This document shows positions 47,286 through 56,793 of a stretch of 64,000 nucleotides of DNA, one piece after another. Each line of letters starts with the position of its first letter. Position 1 is the first letter of the stretch. Under the pieces are notes generated by a model. It had not been told where the DNA came from. It saw only the letters and a program-made list of their open reading frames with translations, and did not search any database. Location of the stretch: positions 16,926-80,925 of the IMG/VR virus record IMGVR_UViG_3300037466_001335; one strand, written 5' to 3'. This DNA comes from a virus (Duplodnaviria > Caudoviricetes). A program made the translations under genes and the position numbers.

Positions 47286-48226
47286 CTGAGAATGAAGACT
47301 GGAAAGTTCAGGCGATTGCTCTGCATAACACAGGTACAATGAGTTGGCGAGACATTGCGAAGGCCGTTAACAAGCCGAAGAGTACGGTCTCTGATCTACT
47401 TCGCAGCTACGTATCTTCGCTTAACCCGCAAAAGGAAGGCGGCACTACTCACCTTGTCATTCCTGATACACAAGTGAGGCCAGGGATTTCTCTGGACTAT
47501 CTTCGATGGATCGGTGAATACATCGTACGGAAGCAACCGGATGTGGTCGTGCATATCGGCGATCACGCGGACATGGAAGGGCTTAGCAGCTACGATAAAG
47601 GGATGCGTTCGGCAGAAGGTAAGCGTGTTGCAGAAGACATTAAAGCGTCTATCGAAGGCATGAATGTTCTGCTTGCCCCGCTGCGAAATTTACAAAAGCA
47701 GCAAATGCAAGCTGGTGAGAAAGTGTATAATCCGAGACTTGTGCTCACGCTAGGTAATCACGAAGATCGCATTAATCGTCATGTGAATGCTAACCCAGAA
47801 CTTCATGGTTTTCTCAGCATTGATGATCTGAAGTATGAAGAGGCAGGCTGGGAAGTAGTCCCTTTTCTCACTCCGATTACCATTGATGGTGTGAATTATT
47901 GCCACTACTTCCCGAATGTCATGACGGGCAAGCCTCTTGGCGGTACTGCACAAACGATGATGAAGACGATTGGCGAAAGCTTTACGATGGGCCATCGACA
48001 GACTTTAGATGTTACTACGAGATTCTTACCTTCCAGCGGCAGGCAGCAGTGGGGGCTGATCTGTGGGGCAGCGTACGTACACGATGAGCATTATAAAGGC
48101 GTGCAGGGGAACAAACACTGGCGGGGTATTGTGCTGAAGCATAACGTGCGGGATGGTAGCTACGACCCCCTGTTTGTTAGTATGCAATGGTTGGAACAGG
48201 AATATGGTAACAAGGGGAACAAATGA
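47282..48226 (+). CDS. calcineurin-like metallophosphoesterase with N-terminal HTH
   Basis: IPDTQ, HIGDHADM, LGNHE, YCHY, MGH motifs; MSWRDIAKAVNKPKSTVSD HTH. Confidence 0.88.
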   Translation: MTENEDWKVQAIALHNTGTMSWRDIAKAVNKPKSTVSDLLRSYVSSLNPQKEGGTTHLVIPDTQVRPGISLDYLRWIGEYIVRKQPDVVVHIGDHADMEGLSSYDKGMRSAEGKRVAEDIKASIEGMNVLLAPLRNLQKQQMQAGEKVYNPRLVLTLGNHEDRINRHVNANPELHGFLSIDDLKYEEAGWEVVPFLTPITIDGVNYCHYFPNVMTGKPLGGTAQTMMKTIGESFTMGHRQTLDVTTRFLPSSGRQQWGLICGAAYVHDEHYKGVQGNKHWRGIVLKHNVRDGSYDPLFVSMQWLEQEYGNKGNK

Positions 48227-48690
48227 ATATTGAAGAACATTACTGGGACGTATACGCTTTCAATAACATTGCTGGCAATCTTGCAAATGTTGACGAAGCA
48301 AGTGTAGCAGCCCAAATAAAAGTTGTTGTAGAGGAAGTGAAAGAGATTGAGAAAGCATTTGCAGAGAAAGACTCTGTAGAACTTCTTGATGGTGTGTGCG
48401 ATGCGTTTGTTACAGTGGCAGGATTGATGCAGAAGATGAGCTATGCAGGATTCAAGGTGGATGAAGCACTTGAGCGAGTGTGTTTAAACAATATGGCTAA
48501 ATATCCCTCGGAGATGTCCAAAGAAGAGTTGGACAATTGCGACAAACAAGGTTGGGACGTTCTGTACAACATCGACTGTGAGTGCTATGTGTTGAAAGAT
48601 AAAAACGGTAAGATTCGTAAGCCGCTTGGATTTAAATCTGTAGAAATCTCCGATTTGGTGCCTGATAATTTCTTCGGAGAACAACCATGA
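48223..48690 (+). CDS. MazG-like NTP pyrophosphohydrolase
   Basis: EEVKE..ELLDGVCD (ExxE..ExxD), V..NN.AK, KIRKP. Confidence 0.8.
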   Translation: MNIEEHYWDVYAFNNIAGNLANVDEASVAAQIKVVVEEVKEIEKAFAEKDSVELLDGVCDAFVTVAGLMQKMSYAGFKVDEALERVCLNNMAKYPSEMSKEELDNCDKQGWDVLYNIDCECYVLKDKNGKIRKPLGFKSVEISDLVPDNFFGEQP

Positions 48691-49268
48691 AGGTTCTTTC
48701 GTGCTATGATATCTTGCTCGCAGATGAACTCAAAGGTATGAACATCTTTGATCTTTGCAGCTTGGACAACGCAGACAAAGTGTACAGTGTACTAGAAATG
48801 CTGGGTATGGATGTTGTAAAACCTGTGCATATATATGCCGCCAATCACCGCACATTGGCAGGGCAAGTCAAGATTGGATTTTTGTTCGCTGGGGAATTGT
48901 CTGTCCGGCGAGAGCACCTGAAAGGTAAGTACTCTCAACCGGAGGATGTTCTTATCGCAGCAAGTCTCACCGACAGGTCGCTGTTTGAAGAGTTGCATGC
49001 GATGGGGCACACTTCGCCAATGTATGGCGGTATGGCCGCGCTTGATGAGAATGTTGTGGCGAAAGAGGATGAAGAGTATCTTGAGGAAGAACGTAAGATT
49101 GTTGCACAAGTCAAGCAACTAGAAGACATTCTTTTTCACATCCGAGGGAACCAATTCAACGAAGATGGTAGTGTGAAGACGCTGGAGGAATATTTCAATC
49201 CTCGCCCTGTTGAGAAAAAGCGGAAGAAGCATGCGCGACGAAATAAAGAGGAAAACATTGATGAGTAA
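48687..49268 (+). CDS. hypothetical protein
   Basis: 193 aa, overlap-coupled. Confidence 0.75.
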   Translation: MKVLSCYDILLADELKGMNIFDLCSLDNADKVYSVLEMLGMDVVKPVHIYAANHRTLAGQVKIGFLFAGELSVRREHLKGKYSQPEDVLIAASLTDRSLFEELHAMGHTSPMYGGMAALDENVVAKEDEEYLEEERKIVAQVKQLEDILFHIRGNQFNEDGSVKTLEEYFNPRPVEKKRKKHARRNKEENIDE

Positions 49269-50259
49269 AAAAGAACCACGAATTAAGACGCATACAGATA
49301 GTTATGTCACGTATTATCCTCAGTTTGTCGAATTTGCCAACACACAGCTTGAGAAGTGCTTCTGGACAGCGAACGAAATCGCGATGGAGAAGGATAAGCA
49401 GGACATGCTTGTCAACATGACGGATGCAGAACGCCATGCTGTAACTACTGCCCTTAAGCTTTTTGTCAAGTATGAGATTTTTGTAGGCACAGAATATTGG
49501 ATGACACGGGTTATGAACAAATACCCTCGTCCAGAAATTCAGCGCATGGCATCTGTGTTCGGCATGATGGAATTGGCAGTACATGCACCTTTCTATAACA
49601 AGCTTAATGAGGTGCTTGGCCTTAACACCGATGAGTTTTACACTAGCTACATTGATGACCCCGTGCTGAATGAACGTGTTGAGTTTCTTGACAAGGCCGT
49701 AGACGGACAAGATGACCTACTGAGCCTTGCAACATTTAGCATGCTAGAGGGTGCTGTGCTGTTCAGTAGCTTTGCTATGTTTAAGAATTTCCAAAGCAAT
49801 GGTAACAATCTTATCAGCAACACTGTGCGAGGTATTAATCAGTCACTGATCGACGAGGGCTTACACCAACAGGCAGGCGCGGCTCTCTTCAAGCAAGTTG
49901 TCAAAGAGTCCAAGCTGAAGAAGGAAGAACTGGACCTGCTGCACGAGGAGATTAAACTTGTTGCAGGTATTCTGCTGGAGCATGAAGAACGTATTGTAGA
50001 TATGCTGTTTGAGAAGGGTCCGCTGCGTGGAATTACAGCAGAGCAGATGAAGGCGTTTGTTGCTCACCGGGTTAATGTGTGTCTTGACTCGCTAGGCGTA
50101 GAGCCCTGCTTCGAAGTGAATGATCATACGATTGAAGGGTGGTTCTACACCTCCGCACAAGGATACCAACAGGTTGACTTCTTTACAGGCGTGGGACGAG
50201 AGTACCAGCGTGGATGGAACGAAAAAGCTTTTGAATGGAATGTGAAGGAAGATGAATGA
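49261..50259 (+). CDS. nrdB: ribonucleotide reductase class I beta subunit
   Basis: FW..EI..D, E-LAVH..Y, LEG..SSFA, DEGLH diiron ligands. Confidence 0.93.
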   Translation: MSKKEPRIKTHTDSYVTYYPQFVEFANTQLEKCFWTANEIAMEKDKQDMLVNMTDAERHAVTTALKLFVKYEIFVGTEYWMTRVMNKYPRPEIQRMASVFGMMELAVHAPFYNKLNEVLGLNTDEFYTSYIDDPVLNERVEFLDKAVDGQDDLLSLATFSMLEGAVLFSSFAMFKNFQSNGNNLISNTVRGINQSLIDEGLHQQAGAALFKQVVKESKLKKEELDLLHEEIKLVAGILLEHEERIVDMLFEKGPLRGITAEQMKAFVAHRVNVCLDSLGVEPCFEVNDHTIEGWFYTSAQGYQQVDFFTGVGREYQRGWNEKAFEWNVKEDE

Positions 50260-51998
50260 CTGAAAACCTCTACGAGAAGTTTAGCCAAGAGCGGAAAGAG
50301 GGGCAAGAGAATGGAACAGTGCCGCCGTGGATGAGTACTGCGGGGTATCAGATGTTCGTTCAGAAATATTTGTTCAATGCTGAGAACCCGCGAGAGCAAT
50401 TCATGCGGATTGCCAGCACTGTTGCGAAGCACGCCCCTAAGCGAAAGATTTACGACGAGCACTACAAAGAGTGGTACAATTTACTGACGCCGGAAGACTA
50501 CTGGCAGCAGAAGTTCTTTGAAGTGTTGTGGCAGGGCTGGGTTTGCTGCTCTACGCCTGTTCTAGCCAACATGGGAACGAATCGAGGTTGTCCTGTGAGT
50601 TGCGCCGGGAGTGTTGTGGATGACAGCATTGAAGGCTTCTATGACGCTTATCGCGAGATTGCAATTCTGACGAAACAAGGATTTGGTACGGCATCTGATT
50701 TGTCTAACATTCGCCCTCGTGGCAGTAAGATTAGTGTTGGTGGTAAAGCGAGTGGTGTACTTCCTGTCATCAAGCATTTCGTACAGGACATGCGGGATGT
50801 GGCACAAGGTACTGCACGGCGTGGTGCATGGGCGGCGTATCTGGACATCGAGCACGGAGACTTTTGGGAAGTTGTGCAGTATTTGGAGGAACAGCCTGAT
50901 GATTTGAACATCGGTTGGATTATCACGGATAAGTTCATAGCTAAGCTTAAAAAGGGCGGCAAAGAGGCCACTAAGCGTTATCAGCGAGCCTTGAAGGCTA
51001 AGATGATCTTCGGCAAAGGTTATTTCTTCTTTGTAGATAAGGTAAATCGTCAGCGCCCACAGATGTACAAGGATTTGGGCTTGATGGTGAAGGCAAGTCA
51101 ACTCTGCTCGGAAATTATGCTGCATAGCAGTCTTGATTACACGTACACTTGTGTGCTGTCGTGGATGAATCTGGCTCGTTACGATGAGTGGAAAGACACG
51201 GACGCTGTGTTTGTTGGCACTGTGTTTTTGGATTGCGTGATCTCTGAGTTCATTGAGCAAGCGTCTAAGATTTGCGGTATGGAGAAAGCTGTTGCATCGA
51301 CTGTCAAAGGTAGAGCCATTGGGCTTGGCGCAGGCGGCTTCCACACCTATCTGCAAGAGCATATGATGGAATTCGGTAGCGTTGATGCGCACATGTTTAA
51401 TGCTCGTGTATTCAAACAGATTGATGAGCAGTCGCTGGAGGCGTCGAAGTGGTTGGCTAAAGAACTTGGCGAGCCTGAATGGTGCAAAGGGTACGGTGTA
51501 CGATTCACGCACCGAATGGCTGTCGCTCCGACAAAGAGCACTGCACTGATTTATGGCGGAATTAGTGAGGGCATCAACCCTGACATTGCTATGAGTTTTA
51601 CTCAGCTTACAGCTGCAGGTGAAATGGATCGTGTCAACCCAACACTTCTTAAGCTGATTAAGGAGAAGGGTTTGGACGTTGAGATTTGCATTCGTGACAC
51701 CGTTAAGAGTCAAGGTAGTGTGCAGCATGTTGATTGGTTGACGGAGGATGAGAAACGAGTGTTCAAGACTGCGTTTGAGATTAACCAGAAAGACATCATT
51801 CGTCTTGCAGCAACGCGCCAGAAATACATCGACCAAGGGCAGAGCACCAATCTGTTCTTTGCAGGTAACGCAGACGAGAAGTTGATTTCGGAGATTCACC
51901 AAGAGGCATTTGAGAATGAAAATATTCTCAGTCTGTACTACGTGTATTCGTCTCGTGGTGTTGTGAGCAGTAGCGGCGAATGTGTCGCATGTCAATAG
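50256..51998 (+). CDS. nrdA: ribonucleotide reductase class I alpha subunit (no ATP cone)
   Basis: STPVLAN, PVSC, SQLCSEI (catalytic Cys/Glu), APT.S, SLYY, C-terminal CVACQ. Confidence 0.95.
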   Translation: MTENLYEKFSQERKEGQENGTVPPWMSTAGYQMFVQKYLFNAENPREQFMRIASTVAKHAPKRKIYDEHYKEWYNLLTPEDYWQQKFFEVLWQGWVCCSTPVLANMGTNRGCPVSCAGSVVDDSIEGFYDAYREIAILTKQGFGTASDLSNIRPRGSKISVGGKASGVLPVIKHFVQDMRDVAQGTARRGAWAAYLDIEHGDFWEVVQYLEEQPDDLNIGWIITDKFIAKLKKGGKEATKRYQRALKAKMIFGKGYFFFVDKVNRQRPQMYKDLGLMVKASQLCSEIMLHSSLDYTYTCVLSWMNLARYDEWKDTDAVFVGTVFLDCVISEFIEQASKICGMEKAVASTVKGRAIGLGAGGFHTYLQEHMMEFGSVDAHMFNARVFKQIDEQSLEASKWLAKELGEPEWCKGYGVRFTHRMAVAPTKSTALIYGGISEGINPDIAMSFTQLTAAGEMDRVNPTLLKLIKEKGLDVEICIRDTVKSQGSVQHVDWLTEDEKRVFKTAFEINQKDIIRLAATRQKYIDQGQSTNLFFAGNADEKLISEIHQEAFENENILSLYYVYSSRGVVSSSGECVACQ

Positions 51999-52006
51999 GA
52001 GGAAGT

Positions 52007-52249
52007 ATGATTGTTGTGTATTCAATGGAAGGTTGTGCGCAGTGTGTCCAAGCTGTGAAGCTGCTTGAGCGTAAAGCTGTGCCATTCAAAGTGGTTAAGA
52101 TCGATGAAGACTTTGAGGCTTATGAGTTTCTTAAGCGTGAAGGTCATCGCAGTATGCCTCAGATTTACAAAGACGGTAAGCTTCTTATTCAAGGTGGGTA
52201 CTCCGGTCTTACCAAGCTTACCGACGAAGACTTCGAGAAGCTAAAATAA
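52007..52249 (+). CDS. glutaredoxin
   Basis: CAQC active site, SMPQIY (cis-Pro), GGY. Confidence 0.92.
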   Translation: MIVVYSMEGCAQCVQAVKLLERKAVPFKVVKIDEDFEAYEFLKREGHRSMPQIYKDGKLLIQGGYSGLTKLTDEDFEKLK

Positions 52250-52262
52250 TTTAAAAATGTTG

Positions 52263-52291
52263 TTGACAAGCGCTGTGCTCATCTGTAGAAT
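52263..52291 (+). promoter_or_regulatory. sigma70 promoter
   Basis: TTGACA-17-TAGAAT with extended -10 TG. Confidence 0.85.
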
Positions 52292-52330
52292 GGCGTTTGT
52301 CGATTGAGACGAATTTAAAGGAGAATTTGA

Positions 52331-52534
52331 ATGAACAGTAAAATTGTTAAGGCACATTGCTACAGCCCCGAAGATCAAGTCTATTGCGTAACGGGTAAAG
52401 TCTTGCGAGTATTTGACACGAACGGTAGTGGCGATCTTATCCCCGTGTCATTCCAGCGGGATGTCGAATTCAAAAACCAGTTCAGTCTTGAGTCTTTCGC
52501 TTATGGACAAATTTACGCTGAAATTTCTAACTAA
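52331..52534 (+). CDS. hypothetical protein
   Basis: AAGGAG RBS. Confidence 0.6.
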   Translation: MNSKIVKAHCYSPEDQVYCVTGKVLRVFDTNGSGDLIPVSFQRDVEFKNQFSLESFAYGQIYAEISN

Positions 52535-52550
52535 CCAAGGAGAACCAACA

Positions 52551-52814
52551 ATGACCAAAACTATTACCATCGATAACGCGACTGTCAACGCTGACGAACT
52601 TACCAGCTTTCTTCGTCGGGCTATCAACGTTCAAGGTGAAATTGATAGTTTGAAGGAAGACTTCAAAGCCCTCGTTCAAGAAGCTGCGGACGCAACTAAG
52701 CTTGATAAGAAGATTGCTCGCAAGTTCTTCGTGGCGCGCTTCAAAGCCACCACCAAGGATATCGTTGCCGAAGCAGAAACGCTGGATGCGCTGAGCAAGG
52801 CGGTTGATGAGTAA
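52551..52814 (+). CDS. dsDNA-binding protein (T4 DsbA/GapR-like)
   Basis: ELTSFL..EIDSLKEDFK.LVQEA..LDKK pattern. Confidence 0.55.
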   Translation: MTKTITIDNATVNADELTSFLRRAINVQGEIDSLKEDFKALVQEAADATKLDKKIARKFFVARFKATTKDIVAEAETLDALSKAVDE

Positions 52815-52903
52815 CAATTAGTCAACTGTGAGCATTCACGCAACATTTACAAAAGATCAGGTATACGTTGTTGTAATTGCGTGAGATTTCTCACAGATAT
52901 TTC

Positions 52904-52933
52904 TTGACGCCATCAAACCTGTAGGCATACACT
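52904..52933 (+). promoter_or_regulatory. sigma70 promoter
   Basis: TTGACG-18-TACACT. Confidence 0.6.
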
Positions 52934-53027
52934 TACAAACATGCTGATCCAGAACAAGGTTCAGCTAACAAGAACAACTTAACAACGAAGTACATTTCTA
53001 CCAATCTATCTTACTAAGGAAGTAACC

Positions 53028-53321
53028 ATGAACATCGATTCCATCGTCGCAGACCTCCTCTATATCAACAAAGTGGTGGCTGCTCTGTATCCTGTCATCA
53101 CCGACCAAGTGAAGGCTGTCGAAGCTGCATACGGCTCAGGCAACGGTGCACAGAAGCTACAAGTGGCTATCACGGCAATCAAGGCCATCTACGAAGCAGC
53201 GCACGGCCCTGTCCCGTTCGGCAACATCCTGAACATCATCGTGGAACTCATCACTGCAAGTGTTACCTACTACAACGCTGTCAAGGCGTTCCCGAAGGCT
53301 GCACAGGCCGCAGCAGCATAA
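53028..53321 (+). CDS. amphipathic protein, LL-H-holin-like motif
   Basis: AAGGAAG RBS; VKAVEA..G.GAQKL motif; own promoter and terminator. Confidence 0.6.
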   Translation: MNIDSIVADLLYINKVVAALYPVITDQVKAVEAAYGSGNGAQKLQVAITAIKAIYEAAHGPVPFGNILNIIVELITASVTYYNAVKAFPKAAQAAAA

Positions 53322-53328
53322 GCTATAA

Positions 53329-53363
53329 ATAAAAATGCCCCAACACCGAAGTGAAGGGGCAAA
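53329..53363. terminator. hairpin terminator between convergent genes
   Basis: tgcccc..cac-cgaa-gtg..ggggca flanked by A tracts. Confidence 0.7.
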
Positions 53364-53431
53364 GGGTGCTCTACCAAGAGCTTACTAAGGAAAGGGTGAG
53401 GGGCTGAGCGACAGCTTCCTCTCCTTCATAA

Positions 53432-53791
53432 TTATAATCGACATTTCAGAGACACGTCAATGCCTTTGAGGTTGTTAAGCATCATTTGCCAAACCGTTGG
53501 TTGCACTGTGTCGCCTTGCCCATTCAATGGCCCGAGCGCGTACGTCGTCATCAATTGTCGAAGCAACGCTTCCTCGTTCAGTATTAGGTGCGACGCTAAG
53601 CGACACTGCTGCGGGATCTTCTTTGGCAGGCTGTTCAACGCTTTGCACAGGCGGTTCGGCTTCTCGTACGGCTCCCGTAGGCACTCCATGTTCTTTGGAG
53701 GTGGCGATGTTGATGCCAACGTTTGCGAGGGCCAGTAGGCCAATGCTAATATCAGCACAAGTCTGCATGTCAATTCCAAAATCGTAGCCAC
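53432..53791 (-). CDS. candidate overprinted gene inside putative holin
   Basis: GTG start with GGGGA RBS; signal-peptide-like N-terminus; 119 aa. Confidence 0.35.
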   Translation of the reverse strand: MATILELTCRLVLILALAYWPSQTLASTSPPPKNMECLREPYEKPNRLCKALNSLPKKIPQQCRLASHLILNEEALLRQLMTTYALGPLNGQGDTVQPTVWQMMLNNLKGIDVSLKCRL

Positions 53792-53933
53792 AAGCCTTCC
53801 CCAATGTCACAATAGCGAACAGCAAACCTGCAATCATGTTGGCCGTGATTTGATGGCCGCGCCATGCTGCCGGGTCTGCCACAGCTTTGCCCTGCTGAAA
53901 GACAGCGTAAAGGGCTTTCATTTTCTCAAGCAT
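53475..53933 (-). CDS. putative holin/lysis membrane protein
   Basis: Two TM segments, directly downstream of endolysin. Confidence 0.6.
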   Translation of the reverse strand: MLEKMKALYAVFQQGKAVADPAAWRGHQITANMIAGLLFAIVTLGKACGYDFGIDMQTCADISIGLLALANVGINIATSKEHGVPTGAVREAEPPVQSVEQPAKEDPAAVSLSVAPNTERGSVASTIDDDVRARAIEWARRHSATNGLANDA

Positions 53934-54333
53934 TTCTTTTCCTCAACCCTTCAAGGGTATGTCCAGCTTCCTGTAAGTGCGCAAGTTCGCGGAAACTAGA
54001 CCACCTTCCTGCCCATTCCAAACCCAACGACTCCCCGATCTGTCCACACTTAGTGAACGTTTTAATGTCACCCCATTGGCACTTGCCATTTACAATCGGG
54101 CAGAAGTCAAACGCAATGTGATAGTTGTGGAACGATTCTCCACCGCGAGCGTTCGTCACTTTGCTTCCAGGCTTCGTCCTACCTTGTGCGTAGAGAGCAT
54201 CCTGAGACTCGTTGTCCCTGTAAGTGGACGTGATGATTACGTCGATACCAACTTCCTTGCACTTGGCGATGAACTCTTTGCACTTCACCTGCATGGATGG
54301 TGTCAGGTCTGCAATATCTCGACTGTTGATCAT
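53926..54333 (-). CDS. endolysin, peptidase M15C (L-Ala-D-Glu peptidase-like)
   Basis: TSTYR..QDALYAQGR, SFHNYHIAFD (Zn His/Asp), WAGRW, ELAHLQ. Confidence 0.92.
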   Translation of the reverse strand: MINSRDIADLTPSMQVKCKEFIAKCKEVGIDVIITSTYRDNESQDALYAQGRTKPGSKVTNARGGESFHNYHIAFDFCPIVNGKCQWGDIKTFTKCGQIGESLGLEWAGRWSSFRELAHLQEAGHTLEGLRKRNA

Positions 54334-54617
54334 TATTTATCCTTTTGCTCTATCATCTTGTTAAGACGCTCATCGATCCTGTCAAGGCGCGCATCCAACT
54401 TCGTACCATAGGCTTCGAATGTCTTGTTGATGTCTCTGAGGGCGTCCTTCAACTCCTCACTTGTAGAGTAAGTTTCTGCTACGTGGATTTTGTAGCTGGC
54501 TAGATCGCCTTCCACCTTCTCAGCCTTCTTCTTCGTCTCTGTCAGAGTAAACCAAAGCACTGCGCACAAGGCGCCCAACAAAGCTTGCACCGGCCCTACA
54601 AACACGCTATAATCCAT
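54333..54617 (-). CDS. putative holin (single TM plus coiled coil)
   Basis: N-terminal TM, coiled-coil C-terminus, immediately upstream of endolysin. Confidence 0.6.
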   Translation of the reverse strand: MDYSVFVGPVQALLGALCAVLWFTLTETKKKAEKVEGDLASYKIHVAETYSTSEELKDALRDINKTFEAYGTKLDARLDRIDERLNKMIEQKDK

Positions 54618-55383
54618 TTGTGATTTCCTCTAGTGGTACTGGCTCCCACATGTCAGGCCACCAGCGGTTATTCTTACTTTGATTTTCAGACTTTAAAATT
54701 ACTTGTAGATTAGCTTCGCAATGTAGCCCGCACACGTACTGAGATTGCAGGGGCACAATGTGGTCTACGTTGTACCATTCACCTAACAACATCGACAGGC
54801 CAGCAGAGGTTTCGTAAAAGCCTTTAATCTTCTTCTGATCAGCCCATGCAGGTGTGGCACGCAGTTTGTGTGCACGACGCCTCCAAGTCAAAGCGTTAGC
54901 CTTGCCTGGATTGTTCAACCGCCAAGCTTTCGTGCTTTGCGCCTGTTGTAACGAGTTCTTTCTGGCCCACAATCGCTTATACACACGAATTTTGTCTCGG
55001 TGCAGTGCGACGTGTGCGGCCTTGTACTCTTTCATCTTGTCTGCGTTTGCTGCCCTATATTCTCTTTGGTAAGATGAGACGCACTCTTTACAGACGTTGT
55101 TTGTTTGGCGCTTGCGATATGTAAACTCCGTAGCCAGTTTAAACAGCCCGCACTTGTGACAAGTTCTATCAGTGTTATCAACAGGAACAAGTTTGTTCTT
55201 CGACTTAGCGTAGGACTTATCCTTGACTTCCTTAATTCTCTCTGCATTCTTGGCGACATAATCTTGCTGAGCCTTTTTCAAACAAGCTTTACAAGAGCGC
55301 TTAAGATTCCCTGCCGCCGTTTGCTCGTATGCTGCTGTGGGCAAAACCTCATTGCAGGAATAACATTCTTTTGTATCTGACAT
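54607..55383 (-). CDS. HNH endonuclease
   Basis: Two CxxC..CxxC ribbons; ATPAWAD..VDHIVPL..VCGLH..NLQV..EN.SKNN. Confidence 0.9.
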   Translation of the reverse strand: MSDTKECYSCNEVLPTAAYEQTAAGNLKRSCKACLKKAQQDYVAKNAERIKEVKDKSYAKSKNKLVPVDNTDRTCHKCGLFKLATEFTYRKRQTNNVCKECVSSYQREYRAANADKMKEYKAAHVALHRDKIRVYKRLWARKNSLQQAQSTKAWRLNNPGKANALTWRRRAHKLRATPAWADQKKIKGFYETSAGLSMLLGEWYNVDHIVPLQSQYVCGLHCEANLQVILKSENQSKNNRWWPDMWEPVPLEEITNGL

Positions 55384-55384
55384 A

Positions 55385-55897
55385 TTACTCCTTTGAAACG
55401 AAGTGCAAGCCATAGCCCTTAGAAAGAGCCGTCTGCACTACAGAAGCGGGTGTCGCAATTGGGCCTAAACTGACCCCAGACATCTTGCGCATCGAGATTG
55501 TTAGCTCAGAACACTGCCAGCGCACGTCCTGTCCGATGTCTAACATGTGCAGATAGCCCTCTACTGCTTGGACCTTCGAATAAGCTTGCCCTACTTTAGA
55601 GAAGCCGTAAGCTTCTTCCTCTTTGCTCATAGGTTTATCTGGCATCGGAATGTGATAAAAGCCGTGGTCTAGATACTTCGTAAGAGGACTAACAGTCACT
55701 TGTGGCACGACTGCTTCGATTACGTGAGGCTCACCATTGATGTCTTTCCAGATTACGCACACGTGACTGAATTCTGACTCGGTGAACATGCGGACTATCT
55801 GACTCTCAACATCAGAGATAGTCTTCCACTCTCTATGGCTGACAGCGATTAGGTCGCCGCTGTGGCAAACACTCTTAAAATCTGAATAGCGCATCAA
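55385..55897 (-). CDS. permuted papain-like NlpC/P60 (YiiX/YaeF-like) protein
   Basis: GDLI, SEFSHV (His), IEA, G..YS, QCSEL (Cys). Confidence 0.8.
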   Translation of the reverse strand: MMRYSDFKSVCHSGDLIAVSHREWKTISDVESQIVRMFTESEFSHVCVIWKDINGEPHVIEAVVPQVTVSPLTKYLDHGFYHIPMPDKPMSKEEEAYGFSKVGQAYSKVQAVEGYLHMLDIGQDVRWQCSELTISMRKMSGVSLGPIATPASVVQTALSKGYGLHFVSKE

Positions 55898-56727
55898 ACC
55901 TCCTCAATTTCCAGTGTGGCAGCCAAATACGAAAAATACGGAGTTGACATCACCGGACTCGTAACAAGCTTACCATACAACATGTTCGCAGTGTCCAAGC
56001 TTCCGTCAGTGTTATTAGAGAACGTAGAGACGAACAGAGGAACTGTCATGCCGTTGTTCCAAACAATATCCCAAAGCGGCTTACGAGAAGCAGCTTCAAT
56101 GCTTGGCATGTTCAACACTTGCTTGCGGTGTCTTGTGCCAACATACGTGTAAAGATCGCCACCATCTGTACGGGTGTGTGTGCTAGTATCTACAATGGAA
56201 AGAGATGTGTTCTGCACATCAACCACACTGACGCTCCAATAGTCCCCAATAACAAGCTTGCCCATTTCGACGTAGCCTGCGGGGTTTGTAGAAGCATTGA
56301 TGTCGATAACAATCTTAGTTACTTGAATAGTTGACGAGAGCCATACACGACCATAGTTGCCACCGCCGTATGCGAAAGAATTAACGCCTGTGGCTTGTAC
56401 ACCCCAAGTCTTATTGCCGGGCGAATCCGAAGGGCACGCTGCTACGTATCCCGTATCAAGCACCGGGTCTGTGTCGGTAGCCAGCGTATAGGCACGAATG
56501 CGAACAGTGTCTGCCGACGTTAGATTACAAAATGGAAATGCAATGACAGACACTTTCTCAGCAGCCAACCACGTAGCTGTAAGAGTCTCTGTTGTAGAAG
56601 AAGATCGCCACACTTTACTTTTGACTGAGGACTTCAAGTTATTGACAACCATTGTTCCTGCTGTAGAAGAAGCAGACAGCGTGGCCCTATCTGCTGCATT
56701 ATTATATACGATACGAATGTTTGACAT
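55894..56727 (-). CDS. tail protein
   Basis: S/T-rich beta protein in tail module. Confidence 0.65.
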   Translation of the reverse strand: MSNIRIVYNNAADRATLSASSTAGTMVVNNLKSSVKSKVWRSSSTTETLTATWLAAEKVSVIAFPFCNLTSADTVRIRAYTLATDTDPVLDTGYVAACPSDSPGNKTWGVQATGVNSFAYGGGNYGRVWLSSTIQVTKIVIDINASTNPAGYVEMGKLVIGDYWSVSVVDVQNTSLSIVDTSTHTRTDGGDLYTYVGTRHRKQVLNMPSIEAASRKPLWDIVWNNGMTVPLFVSTFSNNTDGSLDTANMLYGKLVTSPVMSTPYFSYLAATLEIEEV

Positions 56728-56793
56728 GATATCCCAGCATCTAAATGTTAATAAGAATTATAGCATTCTTATCGTATTAAGTCAAAATTGCAG

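Noticed and set aside
37891-51998. Introns or inteins in polymerase or RNR
   Set aside because: All ORFs are continuous and of normal length, with motifs in expected spacing.
50562-52085. 507 aa antisense ORF (also 43102..43839, 26577..27296, 7974..8615, 3347..3955)
   Set aside because: Shadow frames of genes with clear motifs; no RBS or recognisable content.
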